Below, one piece after another: positions 21,462 to 33,102 of a stretch of 55,176 nucleotides of DNA. The translations under genes and the position numbers were made by a program. Origin of the DNA: Prorocentrum cordatum (taxonomy: Eukaryota); contig CAUYUJ010000180.1 of assembly GCA_963575745.1 (NCBI GenBank), positions 62,001 through 117,176 of the forward strand, written 5' to 3'. Positions within the stretch are counted from its first letter, which is position 1. Each line of letters opens with the position of its first letter. Under the pieces are notes generated by a model. The model worked only from the letters and a program-made list of their open reading frames with translations, was not told the DNA's origin and did not search any database.

Positions 21462-24400
21462 ATGCCGCTAATGCTGTATGCACCCCCTTCTCAGTTGTCA
21501 TCCGACTTCCGTCTCAGCGACCAGCTTTCCCCATTGCAGCTCGTGGTTGCCATAGCTTGCTTTCTCACAGGGGAGGCTTCCCAGAGCATAGACTTCCTGG
21601 AGTCGCTCTGCGGCGGCGTGGGGAACGTCGAGGATTCGCAGATGGGCGGCGAACTGATGGAGTTCACGATGCAGGAGTCTCCTGGGAGACGGGCGGGGGT
21701 GATCGAGGGTCTGTGATATCTCTGGGATCGTTGTTTTTACGTCGGGTGGTGTTCGGCTGTTTTTTTTTTCATGTTTTTATTTTGTTGTTTTCATGTGGCC
21801 CTAGGCCCCCGGCACATCCCCGGCATATCCCCAGGGTGGGTTTGAGAGGATGTATCGATTGAGGGCCCTCTACACAGAAAGGGCCCCGGCATATTCCCGG
21901 CATATCTCACCTGGCCACATAAAATCATGAAAAACAGACATAAAATAACTGAGGCCGCAGACGCTGTTATCGTAAACATCGGGCGGCCAATCCAGTTCGC
22001 AAGGCGCGGCAGGCCCCCCGCTCCAGGGTGGCTGGTGCTCCCTCTTTCCAGCCTGTGCCGGACGCCAGGGCGACGGGGCTGGTGGTGGAGGGCGTCGAGC
22101 CTCGCTCCCTTCCCTCACCGGCCCCGTCGCCCTCCCCCCCTGCTCATTTGCCTCCTCATCCCCTTCATCTTCCTCCTCCTCCTCATCCCTCTGCTATTCC
22201 TCCTTCGTCGTCCTCCCCGTCCTCCTCTTCCTCCTTCTCTCCGTCCGTCTTCCCCCCCCTCATCCCCCTCCTGCTCCTAATCCTCCCCACCCTTCCCTCG
22301 AGGGGGCTTCTGCGCCCGAGATCAGGACCTTGCTGATCGCGCGGTGGAAGAGCACCCGCGAGGCGGCCATGCGCGTCGCATCTTGCGTGCTGCGAAGAGC
22401 GACGTCTCTGAGAAGTCCCCGGCCTGCGAGCACACCCAGCCTGACCACAACTCCAAGGAGTGGGGTTGGGTTTTGTCAGACGTGCCGACTGCTGATTTCT
22501 GGTTTCATTGTTCGATCCCCGAACCCACATTATTCCCTACCTAGGCTTTGCCTAGAATGGGTTCTTACCCTGCATGTTAAAAGGGGCCAGGCAGTGGGGC
22601 TCGCCCTGGGCGGTTCCCCCGGCATCCGCCCCGCGGTTCCCCCTGTCCCTTGGGAGCTTTAGCTTTAGCTTTAGCTTCAGCTTAGCTTTAGCTTAGCTTG
22701 AGCTTAGCTTGAGCTTAGCTGTAGCTTAGATTTAGCTTAGATTTATTAGCTTAGGTTTAGCTTACCTTCAGCTTAGCTTCATCTGTACCTTAGCTTTAAT
22801 TTCGACTTTGCTTAGCATTAGCGTAGCTTTAGCTTCGCTTTAGCTTAGTTTGAGCCTAGCTTCAGCTTAGCTTTAGCTTAGCTTTAGCTTAAGTGTAGCG
22901 TAGCTTTAGCTTAGTTATAGCTTAACTGTAGCTTAGATTTAGCATAGTTGCTGCTCAGCTTTAGCTTAGCTTTATCTTAGCTTTAGTTTAGCTTTAGCTT
23001 AGATTTAGCCCAGCGTTAGCTTAGCTTTAACTTAGCTTCAGCTTAGCTTTAGCTTAGCTGTACCTTATATTTGGCTTAGCTGTAGCTTAACTTTAGCTTA
23101 GCTTTACCGCAGCTGTAGCTTAGTTTTAGCCTAGCTGTAGCTTAGCTTGAGCCTAGCTTTGGCTTGGTTGTAGCTTAGCTTTAGCCCAGTTTCCAACTAA
23201 CTTTAGCTTAGCTTCAGCTTAGCGTCAGCTTATCTTCAGCTTAGCTACAGCTTAGTTAGCTTTCTCTTAACTTTAGCTTAGCGTTAGCTGATCTTCAGCT
23301 TAGCTCCAGCTTAGCTTTAGCTTAGCTTTAGCTTATATTTAGCTTAGCTTGAGCTCAGCTTGAGCTCAGCTTGAGCTTAGCATTAGCTTAGCTTTAGCTT
23401 AGCTTAAGCTTAGCATTAGCTTAGCTTTAGCTTAGCTTTAGCTTAGCTTTAGCTTAGCTTCAGCTTAGCTTCAGCTTAGTTTAAGCTTAGCTTTAGCTTA
23501 GCTACTACTTCTGTTTTCCTAGGGGCTCCAACTCCTAGGTAGGGTCGCACTGGGAGAATGTTTTTAAACACCTGGAGCTTTTCGGTGTCTGGAGGAGAAC
23601 CAACCGACGTTGCCAGGGTCTTACTAACCGCCCATGAGGAGGCGAGCATGGTTTACAGGGCGATCAGGTTGATGCACGCGCAGGTTCCCAAGCAGCTACT
23701 GCTCACTTGGTTGACCAACGTCCGCTCGTGCATCGACGGTATCTCGGAGGAGGTCGACGACGGGCTCAGGGCAGTTTTCACGGGCAGCGGTTGTTCAGGA
23801 ACTGACATATGGGTGCATGTCGTGGATATGGTCACCAGGTTCTGGGCAAAGGAGTCTGCGAGCAATCCTTTAGTTCTTAGCGACGTTCCAGTCACCCCAG
23901 TCCTTCGCCCCGCCCTCAGCCTGGGTCCAGGACGATTGGGGGGGGCAAGGGGGGGGCGGTGCCTGGCGTGTCCGCTGCCGCAGGAGTATGGCACCCCTGC
24001 GATCAGGGCCTCGCATTCTGTGGCCGCCGAGTCGGACAAGGGTAAACAGAAGTTCTTGCAAACGCAATTCGACATTCCTGTACTCGTCGAGGATATAAAA
24101 GACCTCAGTGCCCCGCGGGCGTGGAATGTCATCAAGGGGTCCCCCTCCATGATCCCGTGGACCAAGATCTTTACTGCTGGGTTCTCGTGCAAGGACTTGT
24201 CTGGCCAAAACAGCAACCGCAAGGCCACGAAACGCAATCTCCAAGCGGGCGAAGGCCCCCGCTGGCATTGCTATCATGGGATATGCTGCATTAGGGCATG
24301 CGCCTTGATTCACTTTGGCCCCGTCCCCCAGACAACTAACGCGCGCCCCAGAGGCGCTCCATGTTCCATGTAGGATTGCTCCCAGGGCCGCCCTCCCCCC

Positions 24401-26143
24401 CAGGGTCTCGGCGCATGGCTTCTGCCCGTGCGTCGCCTTGCTTTGCTACCCCGCCAGGCAGCACCGGGGAGACCTTCGAGGGGGCCAAGCAGCGGATCTT
24501 GAAGACCCGCCCGCACATGTCTTGCCTCGAGAACGTCGTGGCCGTCACCAACCAGGGCCCTTTGGACGATGACGCCGTTCCGTCGCAATCCGACTCCGAG
24601 TTCGTGAAGAAGGTGTTTGAAGATCACGGGTTCATGTGCATTGATTTGGTAGTGAACGCCAGGGAGTACGGAAGCGCCTCAGAGCGGAAGAGATGGTTCT
24701 GCCTCGTTCTCGACGTGCCCGCGCGCCACAAGGAGGAGGTCGAGGCGGCTTTCTTGAACATCATCAACGCCATGAAGATCGGCGAGGGCAGGGTCGAGGA
24801 CTTCTTGCTGGATAATAAGACACTGGCGTCATTCTTGTCGGCGGGGGACAGTGCCGACAGTGCTGACCTGCCGGGCGGCCCGAGGGCCAAGGTGTCGAAG
24901 GGCGATCCGACTTGGAAGGACACCCGCGAGGAGGCCTTCAGCAAGTACGGGCAGCGTTGGCCTCCGGAGCTCAATGATGATCATTTGACCTTCCGCTACA
25001 GGCGGGAATCAGAGGTCGTATACTTCGCCGACGCCATGTTCCCATGTTCGACCCCGGGCCGCTGGGAATTTTTCGATACCAACCACACGCTCGAGCGGAC
25101 GTTCCAGTACCCGCCGCAGCAGGGCGCAGAGTTGCGCAACCCCTGGAAACCATTCGTGCCGACCTTCACGGCCCAGTCCTGCATCGTCGGCCGTTTGGTG
25201 GACCAGGGCGGCGGCGTCAGGATCAAGCGCATCCACGGTCCGCGGGCATAACAGGACACGGTTGCATGATGCGTGTTGTTGGTGCGTCCCCGGGTGATTA
25301 TGGTGCCTCCCACTCGCTATTAATAGAGCATGCCGCATGCTCTACTCTTATCGCGCATGCTGCATGCGCGATAAGAGTAGAGCGCAACCGCGTCCTTCCT
25401 CCTCGCCTCTCCCCCCGTCCCCAGCCTCTTCCCCCTCCTCCTTCTCCGTCGTTCCCCCCCTCCTCCTCGTCGTCGTGGCCCCCCCCCCCCCCCCCCCCCC
25501 CCCCCACCCCGCATGGGGAGGGGGGGGAGGGGGCGCAGGGGGGGGATGGTGAAGGAGGAGGAGGAGGAGGAAGTGGAGGAGGTGGAGGAGGACGAGGAGG
25601 AGAGAGCCCCGCTTTGTTGCGCTCCCTGGGCCTTGTCGGACTTCCCTGAAGGCCCTGGGGCGAGTCCAAATCGGACCCCAATCGACCTTGAGATGGCCCA
25701 AGAGGGCCCCAGGTGCTTTTCAAGTGGGCCCCTGGAGGGTCCCAGGAGGACCACAGAGCGAGATGCGTCCGCATCTCGCTTCGTGGCCCTCTCCGGGCCC
25801 CTCTTGGGCTCCTCGGGCGGCCTTGGGGAGAGTCCAAATGAGACGAGGGCCCGACGAGGGTGCTGCGCCTGTAGGCTTGGAGGCGATGCAGCTCATCGGG
25901 TGGGATTTGTCCTTCTACAAGACGCCCCCCTTCGCAGCCGACGAAGCGGTCACCCCTGACATGCTGTGCGACTTAGCGGGGAACGCTTGGAGCGGCTTCA
26001 GCTTCGCGGCGATCTGCATCGCGGCAATGGGCGCCGCCCCGTGGGAACACTACAAGAAGAAGCCCCCGGCCATTCAGCGCAGCGACAGCGTTGAGTTCAA
26101 CGGGAGCGAGTCCGTTGAGCGGCTGAGCACTGACAGCGACTAG
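21462..26143 (+). CDS. C5 cytosine DNA methyltransferase, DNMT5-like catalytic domain without SNF2, ~633 aa, 6 exons
   Basis: Exons 21462-21674, 22326-22459, 23617-23851, 23984-24254, 24458-25237, 25875-26143 join in frame. Motif I GSGCSGTD, II AAESDKGKQKFL, IV FTAGFSCKDLS (SC rather than PC, as in DNMT5), GSTGETF, VI LENV, VIII YGSASERKRW, IX GLEAMQLIG, X DLAGNAWS. Alternative ATG at 21336; the first two exons are less certain. Confidence 0.88.
22534..23555. mobile_element. Non-autonomous element B copy 2, in methyltransferase intron 2
   Basis: Same head/satellite/tail as copy 1; perfect 11-bp inverted repeat ccctacctagg (22535-22545) / cctaggtaggg (23534-23544). Confidence 0.75.
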
Positions 26144-26863
26144 GGTGGCCGATGACGTGGCCACCAGAGGCAGCCATTACAATAGTTGCCCCCCCTTCGC
26201 GCGCACCGTCGCCCGAACCTCAGGCCTCGGAGCCCTGGGAGCTCAGGAGCCTCAGTAGCCAGTTGCCCAGAAGCCCCAGCCGCCCAGAAGCCCCTGTAGC
26301 CAGTAACGTTAACGGTAACGGCTCGACAGTTCAGAATTTCCCTGATCCATGCCGATATTCGATAAGGGGGCGGGGGGCTGGGGCGCCGCCGAAACTGTCG
26401 GTTCACGGGCGGTTCGGCCTCTTTTTTTTGAGGGCGGGCGCGAAGACGCCTGGTTAGCAGCGAGCCAGTGACGTCGTTCTTTGACATGCGAGCATCGGGG
26501 CGCCAAAAACAACACGCCTCGCTCGCCGTCCCGAGCCGCTCGCCTGGCAGATGGGCCCCACCCTAAAGTCGGGGGCGTCGGTTGTCGGGGGGAGTGGGGA
26601 AACCGCCGCAGCCGCTTACCTCAGGGATTGGCTGGCGGCCTGCAGTTGGCCTTCCTGCCCTTGCGGGTCGAAGTTGGGGGGGGGGTCCACGTGGCAAGTC
26701 TTGGCCTTGGCTTGCCTTGAGGGGGGGGGGCCCTCGCATCTTCGCATCGGCGATGCATCGCTGCGCTAGTCGCTTGGCGCTCGTCTCTCGGTGCCCCCCT
26801 TCTCGGGCGCCCTGGGCCTGCGTTTCCTACGGGCCCCCCCCATGACCGCGCAGCTCTCCCGGG

Positions 26864-29800
26864 ATGGACACCTGGGGGTTGGGCGCCACTGGCGCGGTCG
26901 GCATCGCGGAGGACATGCCGCCCCCTCTTGCCCCTCACGCCGAGCAGCGGGCGCGCCCGAAGAGGGCCAAGACGAGGGCCGGGAGCCAGGCCTCGGGAGA
27001 GTTGGAACCGACAGATCGATAGAGGATCCCAACAACGGGTTTCGCGGTGGCTTGCAGGTTGTAGATGATTCGATCTGCGTATTCTTAGTGATTGTTTGGA
27101 TGGGCGTTGGGTCCGAGCCCGAGGGCCCCGATGGGGCTTTCATGTTCATCTCCAGGGACTCGTCGGTGCGTTGCGCATCTCGGTCTGGGTATGGCAGTTG
27201 AGCATGTCATCCTGGATTCCTAACCTTTGATATCGGATGTCACCCTGGATGTCCTCCCCACTTCCACGCCCCGAGGTTAAGGCCGCCTTCCTCCTCCTCC
27301 CCCTCCTCCTCCGCCTCCTGCTCCTCTCCCTCCTCCTCCTGCCTCTTTTCCCTTCGCCCTCCTTGCCCCCCCGCTTCCACTTCGCCTCCTCTCCTCTCCT
27401 CTCCTCTCCTCTCCTCTCCTCTCCTCTCCTCTCCTCTCCTCTCCTCTCCCCTCCCTCGCCCCGACCCCCGCCATCCCCCCCTCCCTCTGCCCCCCTCTCC
27501 TCCTCCCCCGAGCCCCGGGCTGACGGCGAGTCCGCGACCTCGGCCGCGAAGCCCCGGGCCAAGTTCACGTGCAAGCAGAAGTGCGCGGCCAAGACCAACG
27601 GCAAGCAGTGCACGACGTGCAACGCGTTCGACCACGACGCGGACCCCGTGACCCCGAGCGTCAACCGCGTGTGGGCGTCCTACAAGAAGATCACGCCCCC
27701 CGGCGGTGCGTCCGACGAGATCTATGAGGTGCAGCTGGAGACGGAAGGGTCGACCTGTTGGTACTGCTTCAGGCCCCTGCAGCCCGAAGCCCACAGGCCG
27801 CGCGCACGCTGCAAGCCCCTCCTTTGACGGCGAGGTGCCGATTGGCATTTCCGAAGCGCAGGCGTCGGCATCTCGCCGCGCGGATGGCGGCGCGCAGCGT
27901 GCTCGTTGGCCGGGAAGGGCAGGGTGAAGAGGAGGAGCGGAGAGGAGGAGGAAGAAGGGGGAGGAGGAGGAGGAGGAGGAGGAGGAGGAGGAGGAGGAGG
28001 AGGAGGAGGAGGAGGAGGAGGAAGGGAGGGGGGGGAGGGGGATGGGGGAGAATGAGGAGGGAGGGAGAGGAGGAGGAGGAGGAGGAGGAGGAAGAGCCTC
28101 GCTTGAGCAACGGCCCCAACCCCAGGGTATGGAACGTGCACTATTCCCATGAAACGCTCTCGAAGTTCAAGGCTTCCCTCGGTGAGAAGCATGCCGTCTT
28201 CGAGCAATTCAACAGGCTGGTCGCTTGGCTGATATCGCACCTCATCAGCATATTGAAGGACGGCGCGGCCCGCGACAGCGTGTACATCACCACTTGGCCC
28301 AGCCCAGCTTCCATCTCCCAGATGGACATCCAGCAGACCAAGTGGATCAGGCCGCAGGACGAGTACATGGCGCTCGAGGCCTACACCAGGCTGAAGGGGG
28401 ACCCCGAGCATAACGGTTTGGGCCACAGGAAGGAGAAAGGCCCAGACGGGGTGGATTTGGTGAACATGGGCAACAACGGCATCTGGAAGAAGGAGGTATC
28501 GACGATATTCAGAGCAGAGAAAAAGAGGATCGCGACGTGAATTGCCATCGGCCCATCCGACCGAGCTTCCAGGGGTGCTTCGGTTCAAAACCGACCCAGG
28601 TGTGTTTGGCCTTATGTGGCTAGTGGGTTCTTCGCGCTTTTCCTGGTCTTGTTTGAGTTTTCAATGGGCCGCGTGTCGGTATTCCTGTCGCAATCCTCCC
28701 AGGACGATCGACGACGGCACGGATGTGACTACCCGGCAGTTCGTGGGCACGAGGTTCAACCAGGTAGTCCAGGGCATGGGCATGGGCGCGGTCGCGGGCC
28801 ACGCCGTGGGCTCCCAGAGCGCTGGTGGCCCATCCTCATCTGGTTCGGGGGGCGTGGCGCCACTGCCTCCGACGACTCCTCCGAGGCCGCGGGCCGCGCC
28901 GCCCGTGGTCTCTCCGGCGGCGGCGGCGTTGGCCGCGTCGGGCGCTGGCGACGCCCCTGCGCCAGCTAGCGGCAGCGCTCCCCCGCCCGCCGCAGACGGT
29001 GGCGACCTAGCCGCGGCGGCGCCCAAGGCGAAGGGGAAGGCGGCTCGCGCCAAGAAGAGGGCGTCCTCGGCGGGCGCGGCGAGCGAGCCCGCCCAGCCTG
29101 CGGGCAAGAAGAGAGGCGGGGGCGGAGGCGGCAGGGGGAGGCCAACTCGGGACTCTCTATCCTTGCTGCAGACTGCCATGCGCGACCTCAAGGACTGCCA
29201 GAATAATTCGGCGAAGTATTTCGGGAGTGAGTGGAAGAACGTGAAGCGCAACTGGGAGAACTACCTGAGGGACTTGTCCGACCTCATCGAGACGGAGGAG
29301 GACGCTGCCTCTGTCAAGGACCTGCAGCTTCTCGAGAAGCAGGTGCAGGCTGCCAAGACGGTGCTCTCCAAGATCGCGTCGGCAGGGATGTCTAGCAAGA
29401 ACACCTTGGACACGTTCGAGTGCCAGCTTGGCTTCTTGCAGAAGGACTCGGTGAGAGCCTCGCGGTCCGCTGATCTCCGCGATGCCACTGGGGCGCCAGG
29501 CGGACTTGGCCCCGGCGGCAATTCGACGTTGACATTGCCGCCAGGTGCCAAGCCAGCTCGGCCCTGCAGCGACATCCTTGAGATCAGTGGGCTGTTGTTG
29601 GGCTCTTTCCCGCAGGAGCCGCAGGCGGCGTCGCCGTTCCCCTCCTTCCTCATGCGCATATTGCACCAGCAGTGCAGCGCTGACGCTTGGCCCGCGGAGA
29701 GTTTCTGGAACAAGTTGCGCCCGGCGGTTCTCGAGGCTTTCGTGTCTGAGGATAAGATGGGAGGATTCGTCATGGACGTTGTGGGCGACAAAACGATGAT

Positions 29801-32800
29801 GATCTGTCAGAACGCCGAGAACGTCGAGGTCGCCAAGCAAGACCTGGCTAGCATGTGTCAGGTGTTCGAGGAGCGCTTCGTGAGCCAGGGCTCCCCAGCG
29901 GGCCGCGGGCCTTAACCGCGCAGAGACCGTTGCCGCAAACGGTGCCCCTCCTCTCCTCTTCTTTCCTCCTTTCCTCTCCTCTCCTCTCCTCTCCTTCTCG
30001 TCTTTCCTCTCCTCTCCTCTCCTCTCCTCTCCTCTCCTCTCCTCTCCTCTCCTCTCCTCTCCTCTCCTTTCCTCTCCTCCCTTCTCTTCTCCTCTTCTTT
30101 CTCTTTCCTCTCCTCCCGCGCCTCATGTCCTCCTCCTGCCCTCCCCCCTCCCCCCGCCCCCCACTGGGAAGGAGGGCGAGGAGGGCGGGGGGGGGAGGGG
30201 GGGAGGAGGGGCAGGAGGAGGAGGAGGAGGATGAGGAGGAGGAGGAGGAGGAGGGGGGAGGGCGAGGAGGAGGGCGAAGCAGGGGGGTCGGAGGAGGAGG
30301 AGGAGGAGGAGCCCCCCCTCTGGGCCCCGGGGCCAGGCCCCATCTCCCCCCTCCTGGATCGCGTCTGGGGGTGGGGGAATTGCGTGCGAGCAGCGCGCAA
30401 TCGGATACCTAGTTTGGCTGTTGTGTGAGGGGCAGGGGGATCGAGCGTGATATCGAGGTCAGCTTTTTCGCCACCAGGAGGGCATGTCGGTTGTTCACGC
30501 GGAGCTGAAGGAGCTCAAGGTTGTTCTGGGGCACGGCGATGGCGATCCAACCGTTCTGGAGAACACGCTTCGCGGCTGGCCAACCACCAAGATGTCGTCG
30601 GCCCTCGGCGCTTATCCACTGGGCCGGGAGGTATTCAAGCAGGCGAAGGGGTCAGTCCAGAAATTGAAGGACAGGGTGACGAACACGAAGGACATGAAGG
30701 CAAAGATGGAGATTCCTTTGGATCAGTTGAGCATTGACGACATCAAAGACGTGAACAGCATGCTTCAGCAGCGGGAGCTCCTCATCAACCCAGACGATAT
30801 TGTCGAGAAGGAATGGGGCGTGGGAGTCGCCCGCAAGTACCTTGACCAGTTCTACTCGATCTATTTGACGGGTACCACGTCGATGGATCAGGCTCCAGCT
30901 CTTCGCGCCAGCCTGGAGGCGCTGGCCAGCTGCCAGGCTCTGCACAATCTTCATCCCGAGGTGGCCCAGCAGAGGTTCGGCGAGATGTACCACCGCGCCC
31001 ATGCTTGTTGCCAGTTCTTTGACAGGTATTCGGCCAGGGCCAGCCAGAAGGTTATTTCCCATGAGGACGCCATTGACGTCCTCTTCGGCTTGGAGAAGTG
31101 GAAGAACGACCAGGCCCTCCTGGATGTCATGTACTCTAGCTGTGGTGAACGAGGCGATCTGGAACAGACCGTGTCGCGCTCTTCGCTGGGCATGGCGCGG
31201 CCCCGATGCCGAAGCAATCGAGGATGCAGGATATCTTATATATCCTGCATCCTTGATTGCTTCGGCATCGGGGCGACGCCGTGACCAGCGAGATGCGGCA
31301 AGCTCTGGATAGCAGATCCCAGGTCGGAGCGCTCTGAGTCGTTGGTTTGATGTCGCCGCCGGGTCCGAGCTCAGCAAGCGCTGCAAAGCCGTTGCCAAGC
31401 AGAAGGTCGAGAACGTCGAAGAGTCCATCAAGGCTTTAATCGCCAACGTTTTTTCCAACAAGTGCGGCGTCGACTGCGACATGGACGTGGTGGCGAGCGC
31501 CAGGATCGAGGGCGACGTCGCCACCGCCGTTGGCATTGTCAATTCCTTGCCTGGTCACGCTGTCATGGGTGTCGAGATCCAGTTCGCTTCGCACTACTTG
31601 AAGATGATGCAGAGTTACTCCCGCCTGGTCACTTGCTGGAAAGCGGCCGTGGACGCGAAGGGCAGGCAGATCAGCAGCGAGATGGTGACGCTGGTCCAGT
31701 GCCTGCGCAACGACGCCAAAGTCTGCAAGGACTTCACCCGCAGCCAGTCCTTCGGCCCGAGCGCGCTGTTCCAGTACAGCGCTGACATTGCAGTGCGCCT
31801 GGCCAACAGCAGGATCAACATCGCTTGGGACCTTTCCGAGCTGCCTGCCACGTTCGCCGCCGCCGAGGCTTTGGCGGGCGAGATCGTGTCTGAGTGGGCC
31901 AAGAACGCCTCCGAGTTGGTCAACTTGGTAAGCGGCTGGATGATCACTGACTGGCAGGTCCACAAGAACTCCATCTTGGACGACGAGCACAAAGAGCTCG
32001 TTCAGAGGATGATGAACAACGAGAACTACGGGCGCTGCGGGAAGGGCGCCAGCCTCCTTTGCTCGTGGAAGACTTGGTTGAAGGAGATCAACAATGACGG
32101 CTGTGGCATCGTGATCGGCCCCACGGAGTTCGCCAAGATAGACTCGTGCATCACTTCGGCCACGGAGTATTGCGAGATGACCTTGTCGCTTCACAAGGTT
32201 CTCAACGTGGTGCCCATGACGCGCAACGTCAACTTGAGGAAGGCGGCGGCCAAGAAGTTCCTCGAGGACCTGGGGGTGCCGGGCGAGGGAGGGGGAGGAT
32301 GAGGGGGGGAAGGAGGGGGGGAGGGAGGGAGGAGGAGGAGGAGGAGGAGGAGAGGAGGAGGAGGAGGAAGAGGATGTCCTCAGGGAGTGGGAAGGGAGGG
32401 GGGACGAGGGAAGGCGATGGGGGGAGGGGGGGACAAGGTGGACAGGATAGAGGGTAGGTGAAGCAGTAGGTGGAGGAGGCACGAGGAGCAGGGGGGGAGG
32501 GGGGGGGGGAGGGGGATGGGGGATTGGCAAAGTGCACCCCCGATCTTCCGCCTCCTCCTCATCCTCCTCCTCCCCTCCCCTCCTCCTCCTCCCCTCCTCC
32601 TCCTCCTCCTCCTTCCTCCTCTCCCTCCTCCTCCTCCTCCTCCTCCCTCCGCCTCCTCCTCCTCCTCCTCCTCCTCCTCCTCCTCCTCTTCCCCCCCCAT
32701 CCTCCTCCCCCTCCTCTTCCTCCTCCTCTTTCTCCTCCTCCACCCCCTCTCCCACTGCTTCCCCCCTCCCCAACCAGGGGCCTCCTCCTTGGATCCTCCT

Positions 32801-33102
32801 TCTACTCCTCCTCCTTCTCCTCGACTTCCTCGTGGGTTTCCTTCCTTCAGTTCGCGTTTTGTTGACGCTTTGCCATCCGTCCTCCATCTGCTTCTCAGCG
32901 CTGCCCTCTCTCCCCCGCCCTCCGCCCGCCCGACGGCGCGCCGCAGGACGTCGCCAAGGGCTTCGACCCGGGGGAGAGCGTCCGCAAGCGGGCGGAGGAG
33001 ATCCACCGGACGGGCGGCGCGCCCGCCGACGCCGCCGCCGCCGCCCCGGCGGCGGGCGGTGCTGATGCCGATGCTGATGCTGCTCCTGCGGCAGAGGAGT
33101 GA
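26864..33102 (+). CDS. Large hypothetical protein (~1190 aa, 8 exons): N-terminal Cys-rich region, Ala/Pro-rich linker with GRGRP AT-hook-like motif, long helical-looking C-terminus
   Basis: Exons ~26864-26977, 27513-27772, 28126-28527, 28703-29444, 29616-~29888, ~30481-31153, 31323-32266, 32947-33102 join in frame with strongly GC3 codons. CTTC...CWYC motif; GDPEHNGLGH. First exon and the exon 5/6 junction are uncertain. Confidence 0.75.

Noticed and set aside
21462..26143. Bacterial restriction-modification methylase or contamination
   Set aside because: The gene has spliceosomal introns, DNMT5-type motifs and host repeats inside its introns; no restriction enzyme recognised.
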